DNA from: a virus
Taxonomy: Duplodnaviria > Caudoviricetes
DNA: 64,000 nt
Strand: one strand, 5' to 3'
IMG/VR virus record: IMGVR_UViG_3300046739_000039
Location: 1-64,000 of that record
Under the pieces are notes generated by a model. That model was given only the letters and a program-made list of their open reading frames with translations, was not told the origin of the DNA and searched no databases. A program made the position numbers and the translations under genes. Below are positions 43,675 through 53,723 of this stretch, in pieces. Position 1 is the first letter of the stretch. Every line of letters starts with the position of its first letter.

Positions 43675-45576
43675 ATGACTTATCAGCGTCCTGGGGTATA
43701 CGTAAATACCTCGCTAACTCCTTTGTCTACGGGAACAACTTCCCCTGGACAATCTACGGCTGCCTTTGTAGGTGTTCACTCTCAGGGACCTACAGCGCCA
43801 ACTCTTATTACAAGCTGGAATGACTTCCTAAACATTTACGGTGGCTTTGGAAACGCAACCAACTACCTACCGTTTGCCGTATGGCAGTACTTTGCCAACA
43901 ATGGTAATCAGGCTTACGTTGTCCGTGCTGCTGCCTCTGACGCTGTTACAGCGACTCAGACACTGAACGACCGTGAAGACGGTGTGGGAGCCGTACAGCC
44001 CCCTGCCGGTGTGGGCGCAGCTCCTGCGGGAACTATTACTCCGTCATACACTTACGAGTACACAGTAACCACCACCACTGCTAGTGGTGAGACTGACGGT
44101 GGAACTCCTGTTACTGCTGTTGCTAACCAGACTCTTACTGCTACTAATAAGGTAGTTCTTACTTGGACAGCGGCAACTGGAACCATTACTGGCTACAAGG
44201 TGTACCGTAGAAACCTGACTCTTGATGGTCCTACCTCTACACCGCGTCTACTAGGAAGCGTCGCAGCTCCTGCTGTTACCTTTACTGATGATGGTTCTTA
44301 CACTCCTGCTGGAGCTATTCCTACATTCAACAACACAGGAACTGCTGTTCCTATTCTTAAGATCTCCTGTGTAGCCGTTGGTGCCTGGGGTAACAATGTT
44401 TATGTAGACATCACAGATAGCACAACTGGTGTAGGACGTTTCAACGTAATCGTTCGTTATGGCGGAACTGCGGACTCCAACATTGTTGAGAGATTCCTTG
44501 ATATTACTATGAACCGTACAGATCAGCGCTACGCGGTAGCCATGATCAATTCCACACTGCTGGGATCAAAGTACATTCAGGTAACTGACCTAGGTGTGTA
44601 CACCACATGGATTACCGACATTACTCCACGCCTACAGAGTGCTACTGCTCTTGCTGGTGGATCTGACGGTGCTGGAACTCCAAGTCTTCTAACAGCTACA
44701 CAAAGACTTTCTACTATTGAAGATAACCTGGATCTAAATATTCCAGGTGTAACAGATACACTGACTCTTAATCCTGTTCTTGCGTGGACAAACACACAAC
44801 CTAATATCTTTGTGGTTGTAGATGCTCCGCAAGCTATCATTGGTTCTGATGGTGTAACTCCTTCTGAGTCTGCCACCGTGAATAACTACCTAGCTATGGT
44901 AGTAGGAAACGCTGAGATTGTTCCTTCCCCAACTGTTGCAGTATATGCACCTTGGGTAAACATTCCAGACCCTGTCTCTACCACACCTGGGGCTACTAGA
45001 AAGCTTCCACCTGGTGGAGCTGTTCTAGGTCTTTACTCTCAGACAGACGCGCAGTATGGCGTACAGAAGTCTCCTGCGGGTGTAACTATCCCAGTTCAGA
45101 GATGTGCTGGGGTAGAGCTAGCATTCCAGAACAGCAACCTTGATACCCTGAACTCCAACGGTGTAAACATTATCCGTAATGTTTCTAGCTACGGGTTCTG
45201 TGTAATGGGTGCAAGAACACTTCTGCCTAACCAGCCAAACCGCTACGTTTCTATTCAGCGTACTTTGATGAGTATTACTCAGACGCTGCAAGAAATTACT
45301 CAGGTAGCTATTTTCGAAAACAACAACTCCACTCTGTGGGCAACCTTGAGCGCAATTGTTACTCAGTACCTACAAGGAATTTGGCAGACTGGTGTTCTCG
45401 CAGGAGACACAGCAGACGCTGCTTACTTTGTACAGTGCGATGCAAGTAACAACACTCCAACATCTATTGCTGCTGGAGAAGTTCACATTCAGGTTGGATT
45501 GGCTCTGAATAGTCCTGCTGAGTTCATCGTTATCGATATTAACCAGATGGCCTCTTCTTCAACCACTTCATCCTAA
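43675..45576 (+). CDS. tail sheath protein
   Basis: YQRPGVYV, AAFVG..QGP, PPGG.V.G, GARTL, FENN...W, PAEFI. Confidence 0.95.
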   Translation: MTYQRPGVYVNTSLTPLSTGTTSPGQSTAAFVGVHSQGPTAPTLITSWNDFLNIYGGFGNATNYLPFAVWQYFANNGNQAYVVRAAASDAVTATQTLNDREDGVGAVQPPAGVGAAPAGTITPSYTYEYTVTTTTASGETDGGTPVTAVANQTLTATNKVVLTWTAATGTITGYKVYRRNLTLDGPTSTPRLLGSVAAPAVTFTDDGSYTPAGAIPTFNNTGTAVPILKISCVAVGAWGNNVYVDITDSTTGVGRFNVIVRYGGTADSNIVERFLDITMNRTDQRYAVAMINSTLLGSKYIQVTDLGVYTTWITDITPRLQSATALAGGSDGAGTPSLLTATQRLSTIEDNLDLNIPGVTDTLTLNPVLAWTNTQPNIFVVVDAPQAIIGSDGVTPSESATVNNYLAMVVGNAEIVPSPTVAVYAPWVNIPDPVSTTPGATRKLPPGGAVLGLYSQTDAQYGVQKSPAGVTIPVQRCAGVELAFQNSNLDTLNSNGVNIIRNVSSYGFCVMGARTLLPNQPNRYVSIQRTLMSITQTLQEITQVAIFENNNSTLWATLSAIVTQYLQGIWQTGVLAGDTADAAYFVQCDASNNTPTSIAAGEVHIQVGLALNSPAEFIVIDINQMASSSTTSS

Positions 45577-45587
45577 GGAGTAACTAA

Positions 45588-46163
45588 ATGGGTACTACCA
45601 ATGTAGCTCCGCTAGCTAAGGCATCTCCATCCATTGCCCACCTAGCTACGGACCCGCTTCGTAATTTTAAGTTCAACGTAAATATCATGCACCCCAGCAT
45701 TAAGGGATTTGCATCAATGGGATTCATGACTGTTTCAGGTCTGAATATCACCACTGAGGTTATTCCTTATCGTGAGGGTGGAATGAATACCACTACACAG
45801 AAGATGCCCGGACAGTCCGATTTTGCACCTATCACCCTATCTCAGGGTGTTGCGGTAGGTTCTGGACCGATGTGGAAGTGGATGACCGATTTGTTCAAGG
45901 TCATGCAGGGAACAGGTACCGGAACACCTGGTAAGGACTTCCGTGCCACTGTAGACGTTATGGTTCTGGATCACCCGGTAACCAGCTCTACAGTTCCTGT
46001 AAAGGCTATCTATCGAATCTACAACGCATGGCCAACCAGCATTGCATTCTCTGACCTAGACGCAGGAGCTAACGCAGTTCTTATGCAGCAGCTTTCTCTA
46101 GCGCACGAGGGCTTTGACTTCAAGCTAGCCTCTAAGATTGGTCTTTCAGGCGTTAGCTTCTAA
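45588..46163 (+). CDS. tail tube protein (T4 gp19-like)
   Basis: DPLRNFKF, YREGG...K.PG, ITLSQG, NAWP. Confidence 0.92.
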   Translation: MGTTNVAPLAKASPSIAHLATDPLRNFKFNVNIMHPSIKGFASMGFMTVSGLNITTEVIPYREGGMNTTTQKMPGQSDFAPITLSQGVAVGSGPMWKWMTDLFKVMQGTGTGTPGKDFRATVDVMVLDHPVTSSTVPVKAIYRIYNAWPTSIAFSDLDAGANAVLMQQLSLAHEGFDFKLASKIGLSGVSF

Positions 46164-46210
46164 TAGGCTAGAATAAGTAATAATCTTTCGTGACAATATT
46201 TGGAGAACGT

Positions 46211-47074
46211 ATGGAACACCAGATGCCTCAGTATTCTATGTCCTTTGATGATGATCAGGGGCAGGTAGTATCACACGACAATGCAGACCTTAATTCACTT
46301 ACGAAAAAGGTATTGCAGTCTATGAACCCTGCCCCTGTCATTGATGCTCTTCCCGACACGGCTGTTAAGCTACCAGCGGGTATTGTAGTTGATGGCAAGG
46401 TCTATCAGGATGCTGAAGTTCGTGAACTGACCGGTGAGCATGAGGAGAAGTTGGCTAAGTCTCGCCTGGCTAATAACGCGGCTAAGTATGTCAACACCCT
46501 TCTACTATGCGGAACAGTCTCAGTCGGTGGCCAGGAAGCCACACCCGCTCTATTAGAAAGTCTCCTACAGGGTGACCTGGATATGCTTATGCTAGGTATT
46601 CGTAGAGCTACCTTTGGTGACGACTTTGAGGTATACGAAGTCGAGTGTCCGCACTGTCAGGAACTCAATGACCTAGAGCTAAATCTTAAGGACATCCCTG
46701 TCAAGGAGTTAGATGATCCAGATACTAGGGAGTTCCTTATAGATCTTCGTAGAGGACGCAAGGCCAAGATTCAATTCCCAACCGGAGCTGTCCAGACCGA
46801 GATCTTCAAGAACAACCTGACTATTCCTGAAATGAATTCTCTTACCTTGGCAGAATGTGTTATCTCATTCATTGAAGCTGATGGCACAGAGAAGATGTCT
46901 ACAGGACTAGCTGATGTAAAGAAGCTTGGTGTTTCTGATAGAACAAAGCTTCAAGAATACATCTATGATAATCAACCAGGACCACGATACGATCAGGTAA
47001 CTGCCCTTTGCTCTTCTTGTGAAGGAGAGGTTTCTGTCCCACTAACTGTGGGTATCCTGTTTCGTGAACTCTGA
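46211..47074 (+). CDS. tail assembly chaperone/baseplate hub protein (T4 gp26-like)
   Basis: VRELTG..E, IRRATFG, CPHC, CSSC. Confidence 0.75.
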   Translation: MEHQMPQYSMSFDDDQGQVVSHDNADLNSLTKKVLQSMNPAPVIDALPDTAVKLPAGIVVDGKVYQDAEVRELTGEHEEKLAKSRLANNAAKYVNTLLLCGTVSVGGQEATPALLESLLQGDLDMLMLGIRRATFGDDFEVYEVECPHCQELNDLELNLKDIPVKELDDPDTREFLIDLRRGRKAKIQFPTGAVQTEIFKNNLTIPEMNSLTLAECVISFIEADGTEKMSTGLADVKKLGVSDRTKLQEYIYDNQPGPRYDQVTALCSSCEGEVSVPLTVGILFREL

Positions 47075-47300
47075 TTATCAGAGCCTGTATAAAGAATACG
47101 AACAATTAGTTGATGCATTCCATTGGCCTCTTTCTGAATCGAGACAACTTACTTATAGGGAACGCAAGCATTGGATAAAGAGATATCTCTATAAGCTGGA
47201 GCAAGAGTATGAAAGAATGCACCAGACTAATAACTCAAATCAAGTCATTACGCGCTCCGTAGGAGAAGGCGTTACTTTCGGTGGAACGCCATATAGGTAA
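47064..47300 (+). CDS. small tail assembly chaperone-associated protein
   Basis: FHWPLSE..L..RERKHW; lies between chaperone and tape measure. Confidence 0.65.
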   Translation: MNSDYQSLYKEYEQLVDAFHWPLSESRQLTYRERKHWIKRYLYKLEQEYERMHQTNNSNQVITRSVGEGVTFGGTPYR

Positions 47301-47339
47301 TATAATTGAAAGTAACACCTTCACTTAAGGAGATCTCAA

Positions 47340-50300
47340 GTGGCTACACCAACTCCGCCTTCTATCGGGCCTAATATCGGTACCAGCCGCTTGTTGAATG
47401 TTAATAATCTTCAACAAGCGGCTGATTCGTTTACAAAACAACTTAACAAGCTAACCGCCTCACTAGGCACAGCGATCAGAAGCACGAGTTCTTCCGGAAG
47501 TAACAGCAACGGAGGAGCCTTCGGTTCTTCCTGGAACTCTGGTTCCAACCGTTCTAACTACGGTAACGGTGGTAATGGTCGCTTCACTGTAGGCTCCCTT
47601 AATGCTGGCTCCTCTAATGGCGGAGGCGGTAGGTTCGGGAGTCTCGCAGGCATGTCCAGACTTTCCGCTGGTGCGGCTGCTATTGCGGGTACAGGTTCTG
47701 CCCTTATTAACTATGCTAATAAGAACATGGCTTCTAATTTCCAATTGGATTACTTTGGTACTAATGCCTCAGTAGCTGGTGGAATTCCTGGAAGTAATTT
47801 CCAGGCTTCTAACAGAGTTGCCAGAGCTACGGTATTCAACAATAACAACGTTGCCCTTAATGCGACAGACGCTGCGAAGGCTGGTTATCTAAACCAATAC
47901 ACCTTTGGTAACTCTCAGTTCAATGGTGTAGCTAACCCTGCCTTTGTTTCCGGTCAGAACATGTCCCGTCAGTTTGCTTACGCCAACCCAACAGCAGGTG
48001 CCTATGGTGGTGCGCTAGCAGCTCAGCAGACTTACTCTGGTCGTTCCCTTGCAGCACTTAATGCTTATGGCTATGGCAGTCCTATTTCCATGGGTGGCGT
48101 AAAGAATTCCATGGGCAACATTGCTCAAGGAATCTACGGCAGAACATTCGGTAATCAGAATGTAAACATGAAGCAATTCAATGCTGCTATTCAGCAGGGT
48201 GGTTCGCTAGCTGTAAACCTACAGGCTGTAGGTGCCTCTGCTGGTTGGAGTCAGTCAACCATTCAGTCTTATCAGAACGTTCTTCAAGGACAGGTTGCCG
48301 CTCAACAGAAGGGAATGGGAGAAAGCAAGTACTACAGTTTGCTTAGTCAGGCTGCGGGTGGAAACAGATCTGCTGTTAACCAGCTAGCCAAGACTACTGG
48401 TATGGGTTCCTCAATGTTTGAGAACCAGAGAAATCTAAACGCTACTCGTCTTACTCGACAGAACGATATTCTGGATTCTCTCGCCCCTGCATTCGATTCA
48501 GCTACCAAGGCAGTAGACAAGTTCTCTCGCGCTCTTACTTCCTTCCTACAGTCAACCGGATTGGATAAGGCAATCGGTGCCACCTCCGGTTACATGGCTC
48601 CCTTCTCTAACGCCCTGGGTGGCCTCTCTGGAGGCTTTGGAGCGGGTCTAGGTCTAATGGGTGCCGCTCGCTTTATGAGGGGCGGAGGAGGGCTCCTAGG
48701 CGGTTTGTTCGGTAGAGGAGCAGGAGCCGCAGCAGGCGGAGGATTGATCAACGCAGGTACCGCAGGTGCGGGAGCTGGGGCAGGTGGCGCAAGCGTTATT
48801 ACCTCTATGGGTGGCGCGGCTGCTACTGGTGGTTTGCTGGCTCGTGGTGCCGCAGTTCTGAAGTCACCGCTAGGTAAGGCGGGTGCTCTAGGTGTTGGTG
48901 GTTGGGCTCTTGACAAGTACGGACACAAGGTTGTCAACAAGACTGTAAAGAATAAGACAGGAAATAAGTGGGCTAATGGTGCTGTAACCGTAGGTTCCGC
49001 TGCTGCTACTGGTGCCGCTATCGGTACAATCTTCGGACCTGAGGGAACTCTTATCGGTGGTGCTCTAGGTGCCGGTTGGGGATTAGGTGAGGCTATCTTT
49101 GGTGGTGCTACTGGTGAGGGTGGGGTTACCGGAACAAGTGGTAACTCTGCTAGAAACTCCTCTGTTCAAGGAGCTGGTACAGCTTCAGCAGCACAGATCA
49201 TTAAGTATGCCGAGACTCAGTTAGGTGTTCCGTACGTTTGGGGTGGTGAACAGCCTGGAAAGGGCTTTGACTGTTCAGGTCTTACACACTGGGCATACGG
49301 TAAGGCGGGAGTAAAGATTCCTCGTATTGCTTCTGACCAGCAGACTATTGGTACTGAAGTTCCTACTAACAAGACACAGCCTGGTGACTTGCTGTTCCAG
49401 GGTAATCCTGCTCACCACGTTGTTATGGCTATCGGTGACGGGAAGATTATTGAGGCCCCACACCCCGGAGCAAAGGTAACTATTCGTCATCTTAATCCAA
49501 GCTCCTACACAAACGCTAAGCGTATTGTTGGATCTATTGGTAATCTGAATTCTCTACTAAATGAGAATGGTGATGACTCAGGCGGAACACTAGGTAACAA
49601 GAGTTACGGTGGAGACCTGGGAACCTACGGAACAAGTGAAGCGGAAGTTGTTGCTTCTGCTCTAGCAGGCTCCGCAGGAAGTATGCCTATGGCTGCATCT
49701 GCTAAGACTGCTAGTGATGTTTCAGGATCAGGTACAGGTGGTAATCCAAAGGCTACTGGAAGCAATGAGAAGGCTCACCTGAAGTCATACGCTAAGGCTC
49801 TGCTAGCTAAGCACGGTTGGTCTAACCAGTGGGCTTCCTTTGACGCTCTGGAGATGTCAGAGGCCGGTTGGAACGTTCATGCCACCAACCCTCAGTCAGG
49901 CGCTTACGGGCTTGCTCAGGCTCTTCCTGCTAGCAAGTACACCAGTGCAGGCAAGGACTGGAAAACATCCGGTGAGACTCAACTTCGTTGGATGATGGAC
50001 TATATCGCTGACCGCTATAAGTCTCCTAATGCCGCGTGGTCATTCCACCAGAAGAATAACTGGTATGCTGCTGGTGCGTGGAATATCGATAAGGATCAGC
50101 CTGCTACAGTTCACAAGGGCGAAATGATTATTCCTGCACAGCAGGCGGAAACAATTCGTCAGACTCTTCTGAACAATACCTATAACCCAAACTTGCAAAA
50201 GGCCATGGGATCTAACGGTGGCGGGCAGTCTATTACATTTGGAGATATCCATCTCACACTACCTAACTCATATGGTGGAACACCTGCGGAAGCACGTGAC

Positions 50301-50369
50301 ATGGGCAAGACTATTGTCAATGCCATGGAAGACCACCTTCGTCTTAAGAATCTACAGATTGGACAGTAA
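47340..50369 (+). CDS. tape measure protein with NlpC/P60 peptidase and lytic transglycosylase domains
   Basis: PYVWGG...FDCSGL...HHV; EAGWN..ATNP.SGAYGLAQALP. Confidence 0.9.
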   Translation: MATPTPPSIGPNIGTSRLLNVNNLQQAADSFTKQLNKLTASLGTAIRSTSSSGSNSNGGAFGSSWNSGSNRSNYGNGGNGRFTVGSLNAGSSNGGGGRFGSLAGMSRLSAGAAAIAGTGSALINYANKNMASNFQLDYFGTNASVAGGIPGSNFQASNRVARATVFNNNNVALNATDAAKAGYLNQYTFGNSQFNGVANPAFVSGQNMSRQFAYANPTAGAYGGALAAQQTYSGRSLAALNAYGYGSPISMGGVKNSMGNIAQGIYGRTFGNQNVNMKQFNAAIQQGGSLAVNLQAVGASAGWSQSTIQSYQNVLQGQVAAQQKGMGESKYYSLLSQAAGGNRSAVNQLAKTTGMGSSMFENQRNLNATRLTRQNDILDSLAPAFDSATKAVDKFSRALTSFLQSTGLDKAIGATSGYMAPFSNALGGLSGGFGAGLGLMGAARFMRGGGGLLGGLFGRGAGAAAGGGLINAGTAGAGAGAGGASVITSMGGAAATGGLLARGAAVLKSPLGKAGALGVGGWALDKYGHKVVNKTVKNKTGNKWANGAVTVGSAAATGAAIGTIFGPEGTLIGGALGAGWGLGEAIFGGATGEGGVTGTSGNSARNSSVQGAGTASAAQIIKYAETQLGVPYVWGGEQPGKGFDCSGLTHWAYGKAGVKIPRIASDQQTIGTEVPTNKTQPGDLLFQGNPAHHVVMAIGDGKIIEAPHPGAKVTIRHLNPSSYTNAKRIVGSIGNLNSLLNENGDDSGGTLGNKSYGGDLGTYGTSEAEVVASALAGSAGSMPMAASAKTASDVSGSGTGGNPKATGSNEKAHLKSYAKALLAKHGWSNQWASFDALEMSEAGWNVHATNPQSGAYGLAQALPASKYTSAGKDWKTSGETQLRWMMDYIADRYKSPNAAWSFHQKNNWYAAGAWNIDKDQPATVHKGEMIIPAQQAETIRQTLLNNTYNPNLQKAMGSNGGGQSITFGDIHLTLPNSYGGTPAEARDMGKTIVNAMEDHLRLKNLQIGQ

Positions 50370-51166
50370 TGGCTACTAAATTACCTTCAGAGCCAATCTC
50401 CGGTCAGCTCTACCCTGAGCTAAAAGGAAAGCCTGGTGGGCGTACGTTTCAAAACCCACCATTCCATCCAAACATTCTGAATGTTGGTGGAGCAAATAAG
50501 GCAATCAATCCAGGTAACTGGGACCCGTATAACCCAGGTGGAACCAAGAATTTCAATAGAGGAATCCTTATCTCCGGTCCGGATGTTATCGATGGTCTTA
50601 CCAATAGTGACACCTACATCGTAAACTTCCTGTACAACCCGTCAACAGTTCAAGAGTCAAGAGGGCTGGACAATAACAATGGTGTCCTGCCCTCTTGGGC
50701 TAGAAATCCTGATGATCCAGGCAAGTACAATGTGTCTCTTAATACTGCGGTAAACTTCTCACTACTATTTGATAGAACCTATGAATTATGGGACGCCGGA
50801 TACAGAGACACCCTTGCAGGAGTATTCGGAGTCAGAGCAGACGTTGAGGCTTTCTATAACCTCATGGGTATCAACTCATTTGTTTCCCAGTCAAAGTCAG
50901 CGATTGTGGGTAAGACAGACTTGCCAGGACTGCCTAACGGAGTAGCGGACGTAGTTGTACAGGGACCCATGCAAATGGTTCCTTCCTACCTGTCCTTCGG
51001 TTACCACTCCTCAGGCTCATTGGAGTACTTCGGATACATCTCCTCTTTCGATGTGACATATACACACTTCACTCAGAAGATGGTTCCTGTACGTTGCGCG
51101 GTCAACGTAACCTTTACCGTGACACCACCAGTTCAGTCAACAGATAAAGCCAAAAACTCAGGATAG
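50369..51166 (+). CDS. baseplate/tube initiator protein
   Basis: FLYNPS...FSLLFDRT; synteny. Confidence 0.65.
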   Translation: MATKLPSEPISGQLYPELKGKPGGRTFQNPPFHPNILNVGGANKAINPGNWDPYNPGGTKNFNRGILISGPDVIDGLTNSDTYIVNFLYNPSTVQESRGLDNNNGVLPSWARNPDDPGKYNVSLNTAVNFSLLFDRTYELWDAGYRDTLAGVFGVRADVEAFYNLMGINSFVSQSKSAIVGKTDLPGLPNGVADVVVQGPMQMVPSYLSFGYHSSGSLEYFGYISSFDVTYTHFTQKMVPVRCAVNVTFTVTPPVQSTDKAKNSG

Positions 51167-51174
51167 GAATTAAC

Positions 51175-51456
51175 ATGGCAATCAGTATTTACAGCAGATA
51201 CGCTGATAATCAAGTAGTCCCTATCACTGATAAGAAGGGTGTAACCAAGTCAACCATCATTATTAGTCCTCCAAGTAAGTCAGTCGTATACGGTATTAGT
51301 ACTTATACCTGGCAATTAGGGGATCAAATTGACTACCTAGCTTTCTCCGCATACGGAGATGAGACACAATGGTGGCGCATTGCAGATGCTAACCCAGAGA
51401 TTTTATTCTGGGATAACGTTCAGCCGGGGGCGCAGGTGAGAATTCCAAGTGCTTAA
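51175..51456 (+). CDS. LysM-like baseplate wedge protein
   Basis: GDQID.LA..AYGD...WWRIADANP...GAQVRIP. Confidence 0.85.
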   Translation: MAISIYSRYADNQVVPITDKKGVTKSTIIISPPSKSVVYGISTYTWQLGDQIDYLAFSAYGDETQWWRIADANPEILFWDNVQPGAQVRIPSA

Positions 51457-52684
51457 TCCTTCACCCTCGTATGCAGACTTCTCTGTGTTTGTCAATGGGA
51501 CTACTCCCCTAGCACAGTTCACACCCTGTGTCAAGATAATTCAGTCTATGAATTCTCACTCTATTGCTTTTCTAGATGTTGTTTACGTGGGATCTAACAT
51601 CGGTACCACTAACAGCCGCTCAGCTCATAAGTGGACCTATCTAAAAGAACAGACTCCTATCCAGATTGTCTATGGACAGAAGCCTAATTTTATGAATGCC
51701 TTTGTAGGATATGTTGCGTCTTATGAATTGATTCGACTGGGTACCGATGTTGGTAACAACAAACTGACCACCAGCACCGTACGCTACACCATCACAGGTG
51801 CCTCACAGGTCATGCAGTCCACTATCAACACAGCATGGAAGCACACCAGTCCTTCTACCATCGCGGGAAACATTGCGAATAAGAATGGACTACGTGGAAT
51901 TATCCACACATACCAGTCAGCCATTGACTATCGTCTACAGAATTCTAGTGACTTTAAGTTCCTGGCTCAGCTAGCCGATGAAATTGGCTACAGATTCTAT
52001 GTGGATAATACAGACTTGTATTTCATTAATCCAACACAAATCCTTAATAGAAATAATGCTCGCAATATTCCGCAGTTCTGGTCTCACAATCAGCCGGGTA
52101 TATATGACACCGTACGATCCTTCAGACCTGTCGTAGGTACGATCACCCCCGATGGGGGAGTCGTGGCCAACAGAAACGTTGTGGGACTCAACCCTACTAC
52201 TGGAAAGCTTACACAGGCTACGGCTATAGCCAGCGCCCTTACAGCATCAGGTAACCAGATTGCTGATTACATTACTAAGTATTACAATGATGCTCCTGCT
52301 GAGTCTTACTACGAAGCACAGCAGAAGGTAAATGCTGACGCATTGCGAAACCTATATTGGAATACAGCTTCAGCTACGCTTCGTGGAGATGCTAGAGTTC
52401 ATCCGAATAGTCTTGTCAATATTGTGGGTGCTGCTCTTACTCCTGATGAAGTAGGTGTATGGTTAGTAAATGACACTACCCACCATTTAGAAAAGCAACC
52501 ACCAGGTGGAAACAAGTATGGTAATACATACACCACAGACGCTACGCTGATTCGAGATCATATCTACACAGCAAATACCAGTCAGCTTTCAGCGCTACAG
52601 GATCTCACAAGATCTGTGCCCGCTAAACTGGTAGGTAGCAAGTGGATATCATCGAATATTGGAGCGACTATCTATGCAACCTAA
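51449..52684 (+). CDS. baseplate hub (gpD/VgrG-like)
   Basis: SDFKFLAQLADEIGY.FYV; synteny. Confidence 0.8.
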   Translation: MLNPSPSYADFSVFVNGTTPLAQFTPCVKIIQSMNSHSIAFLDVVYVGSNIGTTNSRSAHKWTYLKEQTPIQIVYGQKPNFMNAFVGYVASYELIRLGTDVGNNKLTTSTVRYTITGASQVMQSTINTAWKHTSPSTIAGNIANKNGLRGIIHTYQSAIDYRLQNSSDFKFLAQLADEIGYRFYVDNTDLYFINPTQILNRNNARNIPQFWSHNQPGIYDTVRSFRPVVGTITPDGGVVANRNVVGLNPTTGKLTQATAIASALTASGNQIADYITKYYNDAPAESYYEAQQKVNADALRNLYWNTASATLRGDARVHPNSLVNIVGAALTPDEVGVWLVNDTTHHLEKQPPGGNKYGNTYTTDATLIRDHIYTANTSQLSALQDLTRSVPAKLVGSKWISSNIGATIYAT

Positions 52685-53288
52685 TTACAATGCAATCTAC
52701 CGGGCACTGGTCACCTCTACTACTGATCCAACGAACAGTGGAAAGATTAGGGTCCAGTGCCCACAGGTTGCTGGACTAGCCGAAATCAGATCGGCCGAAC
52801 CTGTTAATGCAGCGCAACCCATTCCTAAAGTAGGAACTACTATCTGGATTATGTTCAGTGGTGGAGATATCACTAAGCCTGCATACTTTGGAAACTCTGT
52901 ATGGAACTCTAGTTTTCTTGTACAGGACTGGACTAACTTCACACTCGCTAGTGGTTTCACAACAAATGGAAATAATAACGGTACTCCGCAGTTTCAGGTA
53001 GTAAGTGAGTATGGTTCTCTGAAAGTAAATCTTCAGGGAGGTATTAACATTACTTATCCCAGCAGCACTATCGCCAACGGTGGAACATGGACAACCATTC
53101 CTGGTGTAGCTAGACCTACTGGACCTATTCTGAGAACGTTAACAGCCGCCTGTTCCGCAGCTTCCAGTACCACACTATCCTTGAAGCTCGACTTTGCTTC
53201 AGGTGGTAGTGCTAATATTGTTGGTACAAACACTACTACAATCCAACCACCTTGGGTTTCTTTAAGCGGCCTCTACTACTACATTTAA
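52674..53288 (+). CDS. baseplate spike (gpV/gp5 OB-fold)
   Basis: YRALV...DP...GKIRV.CP...P.VG..IWIMF.GGD...P. Confidence 0.85.
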   Translation: MQPNYNAIYRALVTSTTDPTNSGKIRVQCPQVAGLAEIRSAEPVNAAQPIPKVGTTIWIMFSGGDITKPAYFGNSVWNSSFLVQDWTNFTLASGFTTNGNNNGTPQFQVVSEYGSLKVNLQGGINITYPSSTIANGGTWTTIPGVARPTGPILRTLTAACSAASSTTLSLKLDFASGGSANIVGTNTTTIQPPWVSLSGLYYYI

Positions 53289-53303
53289 TCTGGGATAATA
53301 AAT

Positions 53304-53723
53304 ATGGGAACACAGATAAGCATCCCCTTCGCTGTTCTAGAGAATGGCGCAGTGGCGACAGAAACAGATAATGATATTCAGGTATCACAGCGTATCGATG
53401 CTATTGTTTCTACTGAGGTAGGACAGCGCGCAATGAGAGCCAAGATGGGCCTGCCACTATCTAGACTTCTATTCGATACAAGCAGCGCTCTTGTAGCCTC
53501 TGAGATGAGAACTATGGTTACTCAACAGCTTCAGAAGTACGAGCCTGGAATTGAAGTAGTATCGGTGACACCTAATGTCACACAGGCTAACGATGGCGTA
53601 GCCTCAGTAAATGTAAACTATCGACCTATCGTGGCCGCATCCACTACCAGCGCCGTGGCAAATACTGTCACTGTTCTTGTGGGTGGAACAGTAAAGGAAG
53701 GGATTGTAAGTGGCAACAGTTAA
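53304..53723 (+). CDS. baseplate wedge gp25/gpW-like
   Basis: T.VGQRAMR...G...LLF...YEP. Confidence 0.85.
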   Translation: MGTQISIPFAVLENGAVATETDNDIQVSQRIDAIVSTEVGQRAMRAKMGLPLSRLLFDTSSALVASEMRTMVTQQLQKYEPGIEVVSVTPNVTQANDGVASVNVNYRPIVAASTTSAVANTVTVLVGGTVKEGIVSGNS

